64,000 nt of DNA from Deltaproteobacteria bacterium TL4 (GTDB lineage: Bacteria > SAR324 > NAC60-12), in NCBI GenBank assembly GCA_051382335.1, contig JBBCAX010000033.1, forward strand, positions 62,891 to 126,890, in the 5' to 3' direction. Both the position numbers and the translations under genes were made by a program. The notes beneath the pieces are model-generated. The model did no database searches. It was not told where the DNA came from and saw only the letters and a program-made list of their open reading frames with translations. This document shows positions 51,498-60,731 of this stretch, one piece after another (position 1 is the first letter of the stretch; every line of letters begins with the position of its first letter).

Positions 51498-53474
51498 TTA
51501 TTTTCCTCGTTTTAGACTGATTTTTTCCAGGTTAATCACTCCATACTCAACCATTTGGAGAAGTTTTTTCATCATAATACTCTTGTAATATAACGAATTT
51601 TTTAAACTTTCATTATTCTCTTGGCTACTATATTTTTCTTCTTCCAATCGAATCTTATCTTTGATGGTTTGATGGTCTATATATTCTCCACACACCAAAA
51701 TCTTGTTAATGACCTCTTCATTTTGCCCTAACAGAAAAGTCACAATATTAAAATCCTGAAAGTTTCTTTCTACTTCAAGCTTGGTGCTGAACAAGACCTG
51801 TTTGACAATCGTGTCCTCAATATGAGGAATATCCTCAAGGTAAACACTGCGCTGTCCAATTTTATCAATGAAAGAAGACACATTGACCACACTTTTATCA
51901 GCGCTTAATCTTTCCGCGGTTTCTAAAATGCCCTTAAATACTTTGGTCTGTGTTTGAACCAACAGATCTAACACACGCTGCATTCCATCGACATTCTCTC
52001 CTTGACGCATTGCTCTAACCTTGCCCTCAAGAGCCTCCGATAAGGCTTGAACTCGAGTCGAGTCGTAGTTTTTCTCACTCATATCAACCCACGCCGTCAG
52101 AATTTTTTCTTTAGGCAGAATCGGCTGTGACGCACTTTCAAAAATGATTTTCTTATAAGCCTCATAATCGATTCCTTGTAAGTGATAGTTTACGACAAAA
52201 GTAAAATCATCCCGATTTTCAAAGGGGATTTCTTTGATTTTATCCAAGGCGTTTAGAACCGCAGAAGGGAGATTCTGACTCATTTCTTTCAAAGATTCTG
52301 CGGTCAGTTGATAACGATCCTGCTTGCCTAACAACTTGGTCGCCAAATCCGTTTTTACATGGCTAAAAACAATTCCAAGCTCTTCCACAGTACAAGCTTC
52401 AAGCAATTCACGCAGTTCTTGTGAGGATAATTGACGTAAGTAACTGAAAGGCTTTGGCGTGGTTTCACCTTCACTGTCCGCTGAGGCTAAAGCCAACTCT
52501 TGAGTAACCTCTTCCTGCTTTTCAATCAAATTGGCTATTTTCGCGCCTATTTGCGCAATTTGATTGATCGCCCCCATTAAAGGATGATTTTCCTGATCGG
52601 TTTCCAGAGTCACTTTCATGGAACTTTGGTCCTTGCTCTGGCTTGAGGTGGATTTCAACAGGAACATCCCTAACAGCACCACAATGATCAGTAGCGACAA
52701 CAAGGCGATTAAAATCCACTCCAGAGGCGTGGGGGCAAAAACGCCCACCATTTGAGGGTTTTGCGGCAACAGCGTAGTTAAGCCAAAGGTCTGCAATTCA
52801 TTGGGAAGTTCGGAACTAAGCTCCAAAGCATTTTTCAAGGCTGTTTCCGCGGCTTTTGAATCTTCAGTTGCTAACTTTGCTTTGGCTTCCCGAAGATAGT
52901 TGAGATACTTAAATAAGGTCCCCGCATGGGCGGAAAGTTTTTTTTGTGGTTCCCCGGAGTTCAATTGCTGCATCCGCAGAGGATCCACCAGCAGTAATTG
53001 CTCTAAACGATCATTTTGTTCATCCCACTCAATTTTTTGATTGATGATTTTATTCTTAATTTCAGAAAGATTCCTGTCAACACTGTTACTGACAATCAAG
53101 GTGACTGTTTTATGAGTACTGAGCTCTTCACTGTTTTTACCCACAATGACTTTCGCGCCTTCTAAAAAGTCAGATTTTTGGGTATTGATCGTTACCCCGT
53201 AAACACTGTTCATGACAACGACAACATCCACGATTTCCTTGTAGGATCTTATACTTTCATAGATCTTGGTTCTCAGTTCCAGCGCGTTTTTGCTCTGACT
53301 GCTATTCTGAGTCGTAATGTCTTTATAACTGATTTGAGCACCCGACTGAGCAAAACACGGTGTCCCATACAACCACAAAAATAATATCCAGGCTAGAAAG
53401 AAAATTACCGTTTTGCCTGTTCCGTAACTTACAGTATTGAGACTTTTTGAGAGAAATAAAGATATATCAGACAT
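51498..53474 (-). CDS. Membrane-anchored FliG-like protein: signal peptide, periplasmic FliF-ring-like segment, TM helix, FliG middle/C-terminal-like domains
   Basis: Signal (CFA-Q); TM WILIALLSLLIIVVLLGMFLL; PFSYLRQLSSQELRELL...LGIVFSHV...ATKLL (FliG-M-like); VDGMQRVLDLL and VYLEDIPHIEDTIVKQVL (FliG-C-like); ends 1 bp before motA. Confidence 0.65.
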   Translation of the reverse strand: MSDISLFLSKSLNTVSYGTGKTVIFFLAWILFLWLYGTPCFAQSGAQISYKDITTQNSSQSKNALELRTKIYESIRSYKEIVDVVVVMNSVYGVTINTQKSDFLEGAKVIVGKNSEELSTHKTVTLIVSNSVDRNLSEIKNKIINQKIEWDEQNDRLEQLLLVDPLRMQQLNSGEPQKKLSAHAGTLFKYLNYLREAKAKLATEDSKAAETALKNALELSSELPNELQTFGLTTLLPQNPQMVGVFAPTPLEWILIALLSLLIIVVLLGMFLLKSTSSQSKDQSSMKVTLETDQENHPLMGAINQIAQIGAKIANLIEKQEEVTQELALASADSEGETTPKPFSYLRQLSSQELRELLEACTVEELGIVFSHVKTDLATKLLGKQDRYQLTAESLKEMSQNLPSAVLNALDKIKEIPFENRDDFTFVVNYHLQGIDYEAYKKIIFESASQPILPKEKILTAWVDMSEKNYDSTRVQALSEALEGKVRAMRQGENVDGMQRVLDLLVQTQTKVFKGILETAERLSADKSVVNVSSFIDKIGQRSVYLEDIPHIEDTIVKQVLFSTKLEVERNFQDFNIVTFLLGQNEEVINKILVCGEYIDHQTIKDKIRLEEEKYSSQENNESLKNSLYYKSIMMKKLLQMVEYGVINLEKISLKRGK

Positions 53475-53524
53475 GTTTCCCCACTAGTGGAAGCTAATCA
53501 TTAATCGAAGAAAATAAATGTTGA

Positions 53525-53552
53525 ATCCTATGCATTTTTATTCAAATGTCAA
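53525..53552 (-). promoter_or_regulatory. Sigma70-like promoter upstream of the FliG-like/motA/motB genes
   Basis: Minus strand TTGACA-16 nt-TAGGAT, about 50 bp before ATG 53474. Confidence 0.5.
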
Positions 53553-53619
53553 TTTATACTGACAGTGAAAGTAATCCACTTTGACAGTTCGTCACGCTCA
53601 GAGAGGAAGATGAAGAAGC

Positions 53620-54825
53620 TTAAATGTTATTATCTTTCATCCAGGTGTCCAGAGATCTGATCAACTTATCCAACTTGGGATCTCTTCCCCCAACTGCGGC
53701 ACTGGATTCTGAGGTCACCTGCGACATTTCCCAACTTTCCATAGTCAATCGTAACGCTAACGCCCCCCTCATTGTGAGTAATTGCGCTTTATTTTTGGGA
53801 CTGAGGTGAGAGGAGGAATCGCCAAGTCTCTGATCGATAATCAACAAAGACTTTGCCCAGTTTCCCTCAGCATTGGAGGTTTTTATTTCCTTCAGCGATT
53901 CTTCGGTACTCCGACGTTGGAAGGTCGCGAGTTTTTCTTTTTCTATTAATTCCACCGCCAAACGATTAGCAATCTGCTTCTGATCCATTAGAGCATCTGC
54001 CAGGGAACTTGCCAAAGAATCACTATCTAACAGGTGTTTGCTTTCCAAAGACTGCAAGATTTCTCGTATAACCGCTGCCAAGGTGTCCTTCGAAATACCG
54101 GCTTTTATCCGTTTTTCCAGATATTGACCAAAAGGACTATTTTGTTTATCCATGTTCGTCCAGGAGGGATTGTTGATAAAGTCTTCCAGATTGAGATTTA
54201 GCCGCATCTTACGTGAGATAAAATCACCAAACCCGGATTGATCACTCTCTTTGGATTTCCAGGCATCGTTGCTAACGAAATCGTTGACTCTAACCTTAGG
54301 ATTGATATTTCGATTCAAAAAATCCGCGAAAACCGTGGATTTACTTTTCTCTTCAGTCCATGAAGGATCATTCATAAACTCATTAATATCAAACCGGACT
54401 TTCAACAAAGTATTCTGAAACGCGTTATTTTTGGCGAGTTCTTCCGCAAGTTTATGACTCACTTGATCCAGCGTGGAAGCGTTTTGAAGATCCGTAGTGG
54501 TATTCCCATTGGTACTGCCATTGGTATTGGGGGCATAAACCTCATCAATTTCAAAAACAAAGTTATTCAAATCACTGACTCGTTGAGAAACGGACTGAAA
54601 CAATTCCTTGTCCCTCAGGACCCGAACATGTAAAAGCTTTTCACCCTCATGGTGTTCTTCGTATAACTCCACGTTGTATTGATAGGTACTGACATTGAAT
54701 TGTTCTGAGTATAAATGCGTTGACACTCTTCCGGAAGCCTTTTCAGTACGGGAATTGAGTGAACCGCATCCCGTCAGCAAACTCAGCATAACCACAAAAA
54801 TAACGTCTATCCGATCTTTATTCAT
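53620..54825 (-). CDS. Hypothetical lipoprotein with three internal ~26-27-aa repeats
   Basis: Lipobox LTG-C; RFDINEFMNDPSW / KVRVNDFVSNDAW / NLNLEDFINNPSW; helical TPR-like end. Confidence 0.75.
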   Translation of the reverse strand: MNKDRIDVIFVVMLSLLTGCGSLNSRTEKASGRVSTHLYSEQFNVSTYQYNVELYEEHHEGEKLLHVRVLRDKELFQSVSQRVSDLNNFVFEIDEVYAPNTNGSTNGNTTTDLQNASTLDQVSHKLAEELAKNNAFQNTLLKVRFDINEFMNDPSWTEEKSKSTVFADFLNRNINPKVRVNDFVSNDAWKSKESDQSGFGDFISRKMRLNLNLEDFINNPSWTNMDKQNSPFGQYLEKRIKAGISKDTLAAVIREILQSLESKHLLDSDSLASSLADALMDQKQIANRLAVELIEKEKLATFQRRSTEESLKEIKTSNAEGNWAKSLLIIDQRLGDSSSHLSPKNKAQLLTMRGALALRLTMESWEMSQVTSESSAAVGGRDPKLDKLIRSLDTWMKDNNI

Positions 54826-54840
54826 TTCAACCTCTTCTCA

Positions 54841-55881
54841 TTAAAATGCCCATCCCAAAGCCAAATAGTAACCATAAATCGCGACAGGATGATCCTCACT
54901 CACAACGGAATCATTACCAATAAAGTTTAAATAATAAGCGCTCAGTGTAAATTGATTTACGATGAGCGTTCCTCCGGAAACAAAATAAAACGGGGTAAAT
55001 AGGGAGGATTGCATCTGTCCAATCCCAATTCCGATTAAAGCATCGCCCCATCCCAAACTCTGAGCCCACTCCAATTTCCCGTCAATTAAAAAACCTGTTA
55101 ACTCTCCCGCCCGTTGATCCTCTTTAATTTTCTCATTATCATCAAAAAAAAGAGTCACCCCCGTGGTAAAATAAAAAGGCTCAATCAAAGTAAAGGGTTT
55201 GGCCATTCCTATCAAGGAAGCTTGATGCTGAACAATTTTTTCCAGACCAGGCGTTTTGTCATCGGCTCCTTTAACTATTAAACCAATGGGCAGGATCAAG
55301 CCCCCAACGGACATTTCCAACACAGGCAATCCCGGGAGAAGCCAGGGCTCATGAATGATTGGACTTTTTGTCGAATTTTCTTCAACAGTATTATAGAATG
55401 TAGAAACCGCACTGATTTTTCTTCCCTTTTGCTCCACATAAATGACCTGAAATTCTGTAACGTTGAGTTTTTTGGCGATTTCCAGTCGATTGTTAATATT
55501 TTCCAGACCACGGACAATAATCGTTCGATAAGAAATCGAGTCTGCCTGTTGGACCTTAATCGTTCGATGATAGACGAAGCCACAAATCTGACACTCCATC
55601 ATATCCAGCCCTACTATCCCCTTCTGTTGTATTTGCTTTTTAATCGTCGCGAAATTAATATTTTCGACATTATGGTCAAAAATAATCCAATAGGCTTTTT
55701 GTTTGCTTATTTGTTTTCCACCACGTTCCCTATTTCTGTCTTGGCTCAGCTTTGCGTCAAACGGCGGTGCTTCCTTCTTAACCAGAGTTTTTGATCCAGA
55801 ACTGTCGGCTTTTTTTGATAACGCCTGCGCGAAAAGCAAATGAGGTAAGACTAAGATTACAATAATTATTAATTTTTTCAC
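54841..55881 (-). CDS. Exported protein with probable C-terminal beta-barrel
   Basis: GTG start after GAGG; signal LLFA-Q; ends YYLALGWAF. Confidence 0.7.
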   Translation of the reverse strand: MKKLIIIVILVLPHLLFAQALSKKADSSGSKTLVKKEAPPFDAKLSQDRNRERGGKQISKQKAYWIIFDHNVENINFATIKKQIQQKGIVGLDMMECQICGFVYHRTIKVQQADSISYRTIIVRGLENINNRLEIAKKLNVTEFQVIYVEQKGRKISAVSTFYNTVEENSTKSPIIHEPWLLPGLPVLEMSVGGLILPIGLIVKGADDKTPGLEKIVQHQASLIGMAKPFTLIEPFYFTTGVTLFFDDNEKIKEDQRAGELTGFLIDGKLEWAQSLGWGDALIGIGIGQMQSSLFTPFYFVSGGTLIVNQFTLSAYYLNFIGNDSVVSEDHPVAIYGYYLALGWAF

Positions 55882-55938
55882 AAATAGCCTCTATTACGGT
55901 TTCTCCAACAAAATAAACTTTATGGGGTTTGTGATCAT

Positions 55939-58245
55939 TCAATAAAAAACGCCAAACCCTATAAACACGCGCCTTAAGTTTTTCGATTGAGTCCACCGCT
56001 CTTTAACATAAGTGCGCTGTCCCGCAAATTTTGTGATTTTGCTCTCCTCAAAATCATCCTGATATAGGTTCGGAACATAAAACGCGGGTTGAATTCCCAG
56101 ATTAAAATAATAATGTTCATATCCCTGCCACCCTAATTCAGCAAGACCCAAGACACCTCTCGCTCTGGCTCGGTGTTCAAATTTCTTCGAGTCAAACTTA
56201 AATCCTATCCCTTCAGACTCAGAAATGGAATGTCCACGGTAATTCAAGGTTGTGTGTCCAAGCCCGCCACCATACCCCCAATACCCTCCTGCCAACCAGC
56301 CTTGATTTGAAAAAAAAGTCCGGTACGTTACTGAAAATAAAATCCGCTCAATCCGCATTCGGTCTCCTGCAGGGGTGTTGGCCAAAGTGTAGGAATCAAA
56401 GCTTGCATCAATTTTCGATAATAACTCATAAAGAGGCTTTAGGCCTTCACCGGCATAATCCATTTGAAAATGAAGTTGAGTTTTTTGACTTAAGTTATAA
56501 TCAAAAAAAACTGCAACCCCTGTTGCCCCGCCTACAGAAATAATCCCCGATATGCCAAGACTTCTGGGGTCTTCAATTCGCCATTCCGCTCCGTTCTTCA
56601 ACGGATAACCCGGATCTTCGGTGCTTTGCGTTTGACGCTCTGCGTCTTTCTGACTTTTGATGTGGCTTTCACTCATTAAAACAGGTTTCGCAAAGGGAAG
56701 CTTGACACTCACACTTTTTGAACTGAGTTGCCGTAACATGATTTCTTGATACCACTTTTGATCGGTCGTAAACACAATCAAATGTGTGGCTCCCAAGGGA
56801 ATTGGCGTATTTTGAGGAAAAACATACTCAATGGTTTTACGTTTTTTAAGAAGTTTCGCCTCAAATGTTACAATAGGTTCATGATTAGGCAGTCGTTTGC
56901 GTTGACCGCTTCCCCAAAACAATAAATAATGCGAAATGGCTCCTTCTTTACCGCTTCTCGAAATCACAACCTTTCCATTCAAAAACTCTGCTGTAGAGCC
57001 GCTATCGATAAACTGAATTTTTTTTGCCTGAGTTTTAGGAAGTTGGTAATCATTTATTCTTGCGGCCAGCCCTTGACTCATCTCGCCTTCATCATTCCGG
57101 GTGTAAGCCAAGATATGAGTCGCCTCAGACGGAATCTCGTCGATCAACACATACCGATACTCGCGACTGACGGCATAGTAAGGTGAAAATAACTGTTGTC
57201 CCAAAGACTGATACCACGACTTTTTGGGAATAATGGCAATTACTTTTTTGTTCCTTAGCTTATTTTTGGAACCACTTCCCCAATACAGACTATAAGCTGA
57301 AAGATCTCGTTCATCCACAGCCCTCGAAAGAATAATCTCCATTTTTTGTCTATCTTTAGCAAGCTTCTGAGTTGTTATTTTGAGCCCCCTTGCCGCATGC
57401 CCTGGCGCGCCGAGATCTTGTATCGGCATACTCAAGTATTGGTAACGCTGAGTCTGAGAGTTTTTGACCAGCATAAGCAAATGAGTTACATTCTCTGGAA
57501 TGGTACTTTCAACAAACTCATACTGATATGTATTGGGGGAATCAGGATCAGCCGGATATAAGGCTAAAGACACATTCCATTCAAAATCAAGCTCTTGGGT
57601 CACCTGATCCAACGCCTCAAATAAATCCTTTTCATTTCTAAAAATCCGCTGACTTAGTGAACTTATTTGATCCACAACGAGCGACTTGGAATCCTTGTCC
57701 TTGTCCTCGTGAACTAATTTTATTTTAAAAGGGACCATTAACATCAAAGGTAGTTTTAAATCGTAAATTTCAGCCTGATTCGTTCCCCAATACATCACGA
57801 AATCAGACTCAAAGCATGACCGTTTATTCGAGTCCTCCGCGGCATAGAACCATCCGCCACTGGTTTTTACCCAAATTTGCTCCGCTAATTTTATGGAATT
57901 CTGGGGTGCCAACCCTGGATTATGAGCGGAGACCTCGGGCTTTTTAAGCTCAACCTGATTCGTGAGATGTAAATGACAACTACTGTTTCCTGACCAGGTG
58001 GAAGGTTGCTCCGACTCCTTTTGCCTTGAACTCTCTCTGAGAAAGGTCATTTTACCACCGAGTATTCCTCCCGTTGAATTGTTATCCTCAAAACACCAGG
58101 TTCCAATCGTTTTGAATGTTTGACAAACAGGCTCATCGGCATATAAATACGGCACGAATCCAATTAGAAGCAGACACAAAATAATAATCCGCAAAAAGAA
58201 ATACCTCAATACTGTTAACGTACTCAAAACCTTCCTCATTGGCAT
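55939..58245 (-). CDS. Outer-membrane protein: three YWG repeats plus C-terminal beta-barrel
   Basis: Signal LYA-D; YWG/FWG...IP.ATH repeats; Gly/aromatic strands ending VFIGFGVFY. Confidence 0.75.
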   Translation of the reverse strand: MPMRKVLSTLTVLRYFFLRIIILCLLLIGFVPYLYADEPVCQTFKTIGTWCFEDNNSTGGILGGKMTFLRESSRQKESEQPSTWSGNSSCHLHLTNQVELKKPEVSAHNPGLAPQNSIKLAEQIWVKTSGGWFYAAEDSNKRSCFESDFVMYWGTNQAEIYDLKLPLMLMVPFKIKLVHEDKDKDSKSLVVDQISSLSQRIFRNEKDLFEALDQVTQELDFEWNVSLALYPADPDSPNTYQYEFVESTIPENVTHLLMLVKNSQTQRYQYLSMPIQDLGAPGHAARGLKITTQKLAKDRQKMEIILSRAVDERDLSAYSLYWGSGSKNKLRNKKVIAIIPKKSWYQSLGQQLFSPYYAVSREYRYVLIDEIPSEATHILAYTRNDEGEMSQGLAARINDYQLPKTQAKKIQFIDSGSTAEFLNGKVVISRSGKEGAISHYLLFWGSGQRKRLPNHEPIVTFEAKLLKKRKTIEYVFPQNTPIPLGATHLIVFTTDQKWYQEIMLRQLSSKSVSVKLPFAKPVLMSESHIKSQKDAERQTQSTEDPGYPLKNGAEWRIEDPRSLGISGIISVGGATGVAVFFDYNLSQKTQLHFQMDYAGEGLKPLYELLSKIDASFDSYTLANTPAGDRMRIERILFSVTYRTFFSNQGWLAGGYWGYGGGLGHTTLNYRGHSISESEGIGFKFDSKKFEHRARARGVLGLAELGWQGYEHYYFNLGIQPAFYVPNLYQDDFEESKITKFAGQRTYVKERWTQSKNLRRVFIGFGVFY

Positions 58246-60731
58246 AGTTCTTTTTTATTACTATGAAACCGTGGATCACTATTAAAACGTGGAGGATTTT
58301 CAATGTTGTAGAGGCTTCTGTCACTACTGATTCTGATCCAAAAACCACTACCTCCTTGAAGCGCTGCCAAATCCTTACACCCTGCGCTCTTTAACTCCTT
58401 TTGGATCGCTGAATGGGGAGAGTACGCTCTCCACGCATTATCGTTCCAGGTCCAAATTGAATGGACCTTATTCAACATATACCAATCCGGTATCGGATCT
58501 TCGTTTCCACCATCACCGCTCCCACATGCGTACATAAAAAGTAAGGCCACCATCACAGCCAAACCCGCTTTAGGAAACATCACGTCATAGTGAGCTGTAG
58601 GTGACCAACGACTGAGTATTAAATTCCCGCCTAACAATACCAGAAACAACACACCTAAAATCTCAACAAACAGGAGTCCCTCATTCAACATTCCCGAAAT
58701 TTTTGCGGAATGAGTTGAAAAGATCCCTTGTTGAGCATCATCATCCTTTCCAGCATCTCCAGAGAGTGCGACAAAAGTATGATTTTGAATCTTTTTCTTC
58801 TCAGAGAAGTTGATCATTTTAACCACGTCGTCAACACTCAACGTTTCAGAAATTCCTATTAAATTCCACTCGGATTTCAAGGTTTTCAGCCTCGCGGAGA
58901 TAGGATATCCACCCCTGTCTTCAAAATACAACTTTGAGTCGTCAGCACTTTTCACCCAAAACCCCTCACCTGGATTAATAGACTCCAGCAGGCTGACGCC
59001 CTCCAAGGTATATTGTTTGAGTAAACTCTGATCGGGAGTATAAAACGCCCACTTATCTTCTTTCCAAGCCCATACTTCCTGATACTGGCCAAATAGTGCA
59101 CTCAAATCTTCAGCACCAAGCGTTACAGCCCCCGGCAGCGCAACCAGATTATGACCTTTGACTAAATCGACACTCAAAGGTTTCAGACTGAAGGAAACTT
59201 CTTCATCTTTAGCTATCGCTCTGATCTGACCGCATTCTCTTAATTCAGCACTCCCTGAAGTTGACGTGAGACTGGTAAAATCTTGCTCCATTTTTGTGTC
59301 TATCTGAATGCGTGTAGTGCTTGAAGGAGAAACCAAATAGAGAGGATAGGTTTTCGATTTCCCCTTCTCATCAACGCAATCTTTGGTTCCGAGAAAAAAG
59401 CCCTCATTATTTTTAGACTCAGGTTCGGCGATATCCACATTCATTAAATTTTCTTGTTGTCGGGACTTATCTCTTTGCGTTTCGGGAATTGCGGCTTCAA
59501 AACTGACAGTCATTCGCAAGGCTTTGTCTTGCTCAAGCTCTTCAAAGGTCACACCTTGCTCAAATTTAGGAAATAAACTCACTCTGCTAACCGACGTGCC
59601 TGTAGGGGGCACTGAAACCAAAGCCTGGACCGCGCCTGAGGCATTAAGAGAAGCCTTGGTTCGAACGATGGTACTTGCGGAAGAGGGAAATTCGGGAAAA
59701 GCAATCAACGCGGTACCATCCGTCATTATTTTGATTTTACTCCCTTTAAGCGCAGTCACCTGATTCGCGGTGTTCGTACTTTCTCTGTAATAGGAAGAAA
59801 TATTCGCACTGCTTCCGTCCCCTATAAGGGCTGAAGGCTTGTCCAGATAATAGGAAGAAAGTTGGGTTTGACCATATTTACCTACTTCCCCTTTTAGTTC
59901 ACGCTTCAAACCCCCATTGTCAAATTGACTGGTGATGGTGGTCCCAGACTTTGTTCGTTTAAGGCTTGCGCCGCGTTGTGTATCAAAGATCGATTTAGTG
60001 AGGATTCCACTTGCGTTTTCAATTTGCAAAATATTCCTTGCGGAACCATCCTTAAAAAAATACGTTTTGGCAAAAATCTGCCTGATGTCTTGTTCCCTCG
60101 AGGTTTGCCTACTTGCAGAACCTGAATCGCTTTCATTTGGATCAATGGGAATCAAGACCTCTACCAGTTCGTCCTGTTTTTGACCTTCCACCTCAATTTC
60201 TTCCTCAGTTCCAACTTGAATGAGATGTGGAATTCCCGCCTCAGTAGACATCCCTGGAAATTTTTTTGTTTGACTTACCGAACAAAATGATTTGGTTGGA
60301 AGAACCGTACAGGTTTTAACCACGTCAACCTCTTCTCCATTTCCCTCAGAAACAACAGCCCCCGCCTTTGCGGGATCATCAATTTGTATTGATGACGAAC
60401 CATCAAGGTTCACCCTAGTTGTAATGGATGGACCTTCCGAAATTGAAGATTCTACAACCGAAGTTCCTTGGTCATCCACGTTCACTGTGGTTCCCGCCTT
60501 TGCTTCAATTTTTGTGGAGCTTTGATCCTTCACCCCTTTAAACTGAATATTTTGAAAGACTTTCCCCGCTGTATCAATTTTAATCGCAATGACTGGAGCG
60601 GTCTCTCCTGTTCCAAACGTTGTGCTAGAAATTGAAGAACCGTCACCGTTCATATTGGCAACGCTCCCTTGAGGCAGAGTTACCTTAGTCTTCATCTCAC
60701 CTTTTTCGAAAGTATTTTCTAAACTATCCAC
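58236..60731 (-). CDS. Surface-protein-like ORF, probably the C-terminal half of a frameshifted giant protein
   Basis: No signal peptide; S/T/G-rich; two (G/E)(H/W)NL...W.W....W..Y.P...G.GFW repeats; two hydrophobic helices near the end. Confidence 0.65.
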   Translation of the reverse strand: MDSLENTFEKGEMKTKVTLPQGSVANMNGDGSSISSTTFGTGETAPVIAIKIDTAGKVFQNIQFKGVKDQSSTKIEAKAGTTVNVDDQGTSVVESSISEGPSITTRVNLDGSSSIQIDDPAKAGAVVSEGNGEEVDVVKTCTVLPTKSFCSVSQTKKFPGMSTEAGIPHLIQVGTEEEIEVEGQKQDELVEVLIPIDPNESDSGSASRQTSREQDIRQIFAKTYFFKDGSARNILQIENASGILTKSIFDTQRGASLKRTKSGTTITSQFDNGGLKRELKGEVGKYGQTQLSSYYLDKPSALIGDGSSANISSYYRESTNTANQVTALKGSKIKIMTDGTALIAFPEFPSSASTIVRTKASLNASGAVQALVSVPPTGTSVSRVSLFPKFEQGVTFEELEQDKALRMTVSFEAAIPETQRDKSRQQENLMNVDIAEPESKNNEGFFLGTKDCVDEKGKSKTYPLYLVSPSSTTRIQIDTKMEQDFTSLTSTSGSAELRECGQIRAIAKDEEVSFSLKPLSVDLVKGHNLVALPGAVTLGAEDLSALFGQYQEVWAWKEDKWAFYTPDQSLLKQYTLEGVSLLESINPGEGFWVKSADDSKLYFEDRGGYPISARLKTLKSEWNLIGISETLSVDDVVKMINFSEKKKIQNHTFVALSGDAGKDDDAQQGIFSTHSAKISGMLNEGLLFVEILGVLFLVLLGGNLILSRWSPTAHYDVMFPKAGLAVMVALLFMYACGSGDGGNEDPIPDWYMLNKVHSIWTWNDNAWRAYSPHSAIQKELKSAGCKDLAALQGGSGFWIRISSDRSLYNIENPPRFNSDPRFHSNKKELCQ

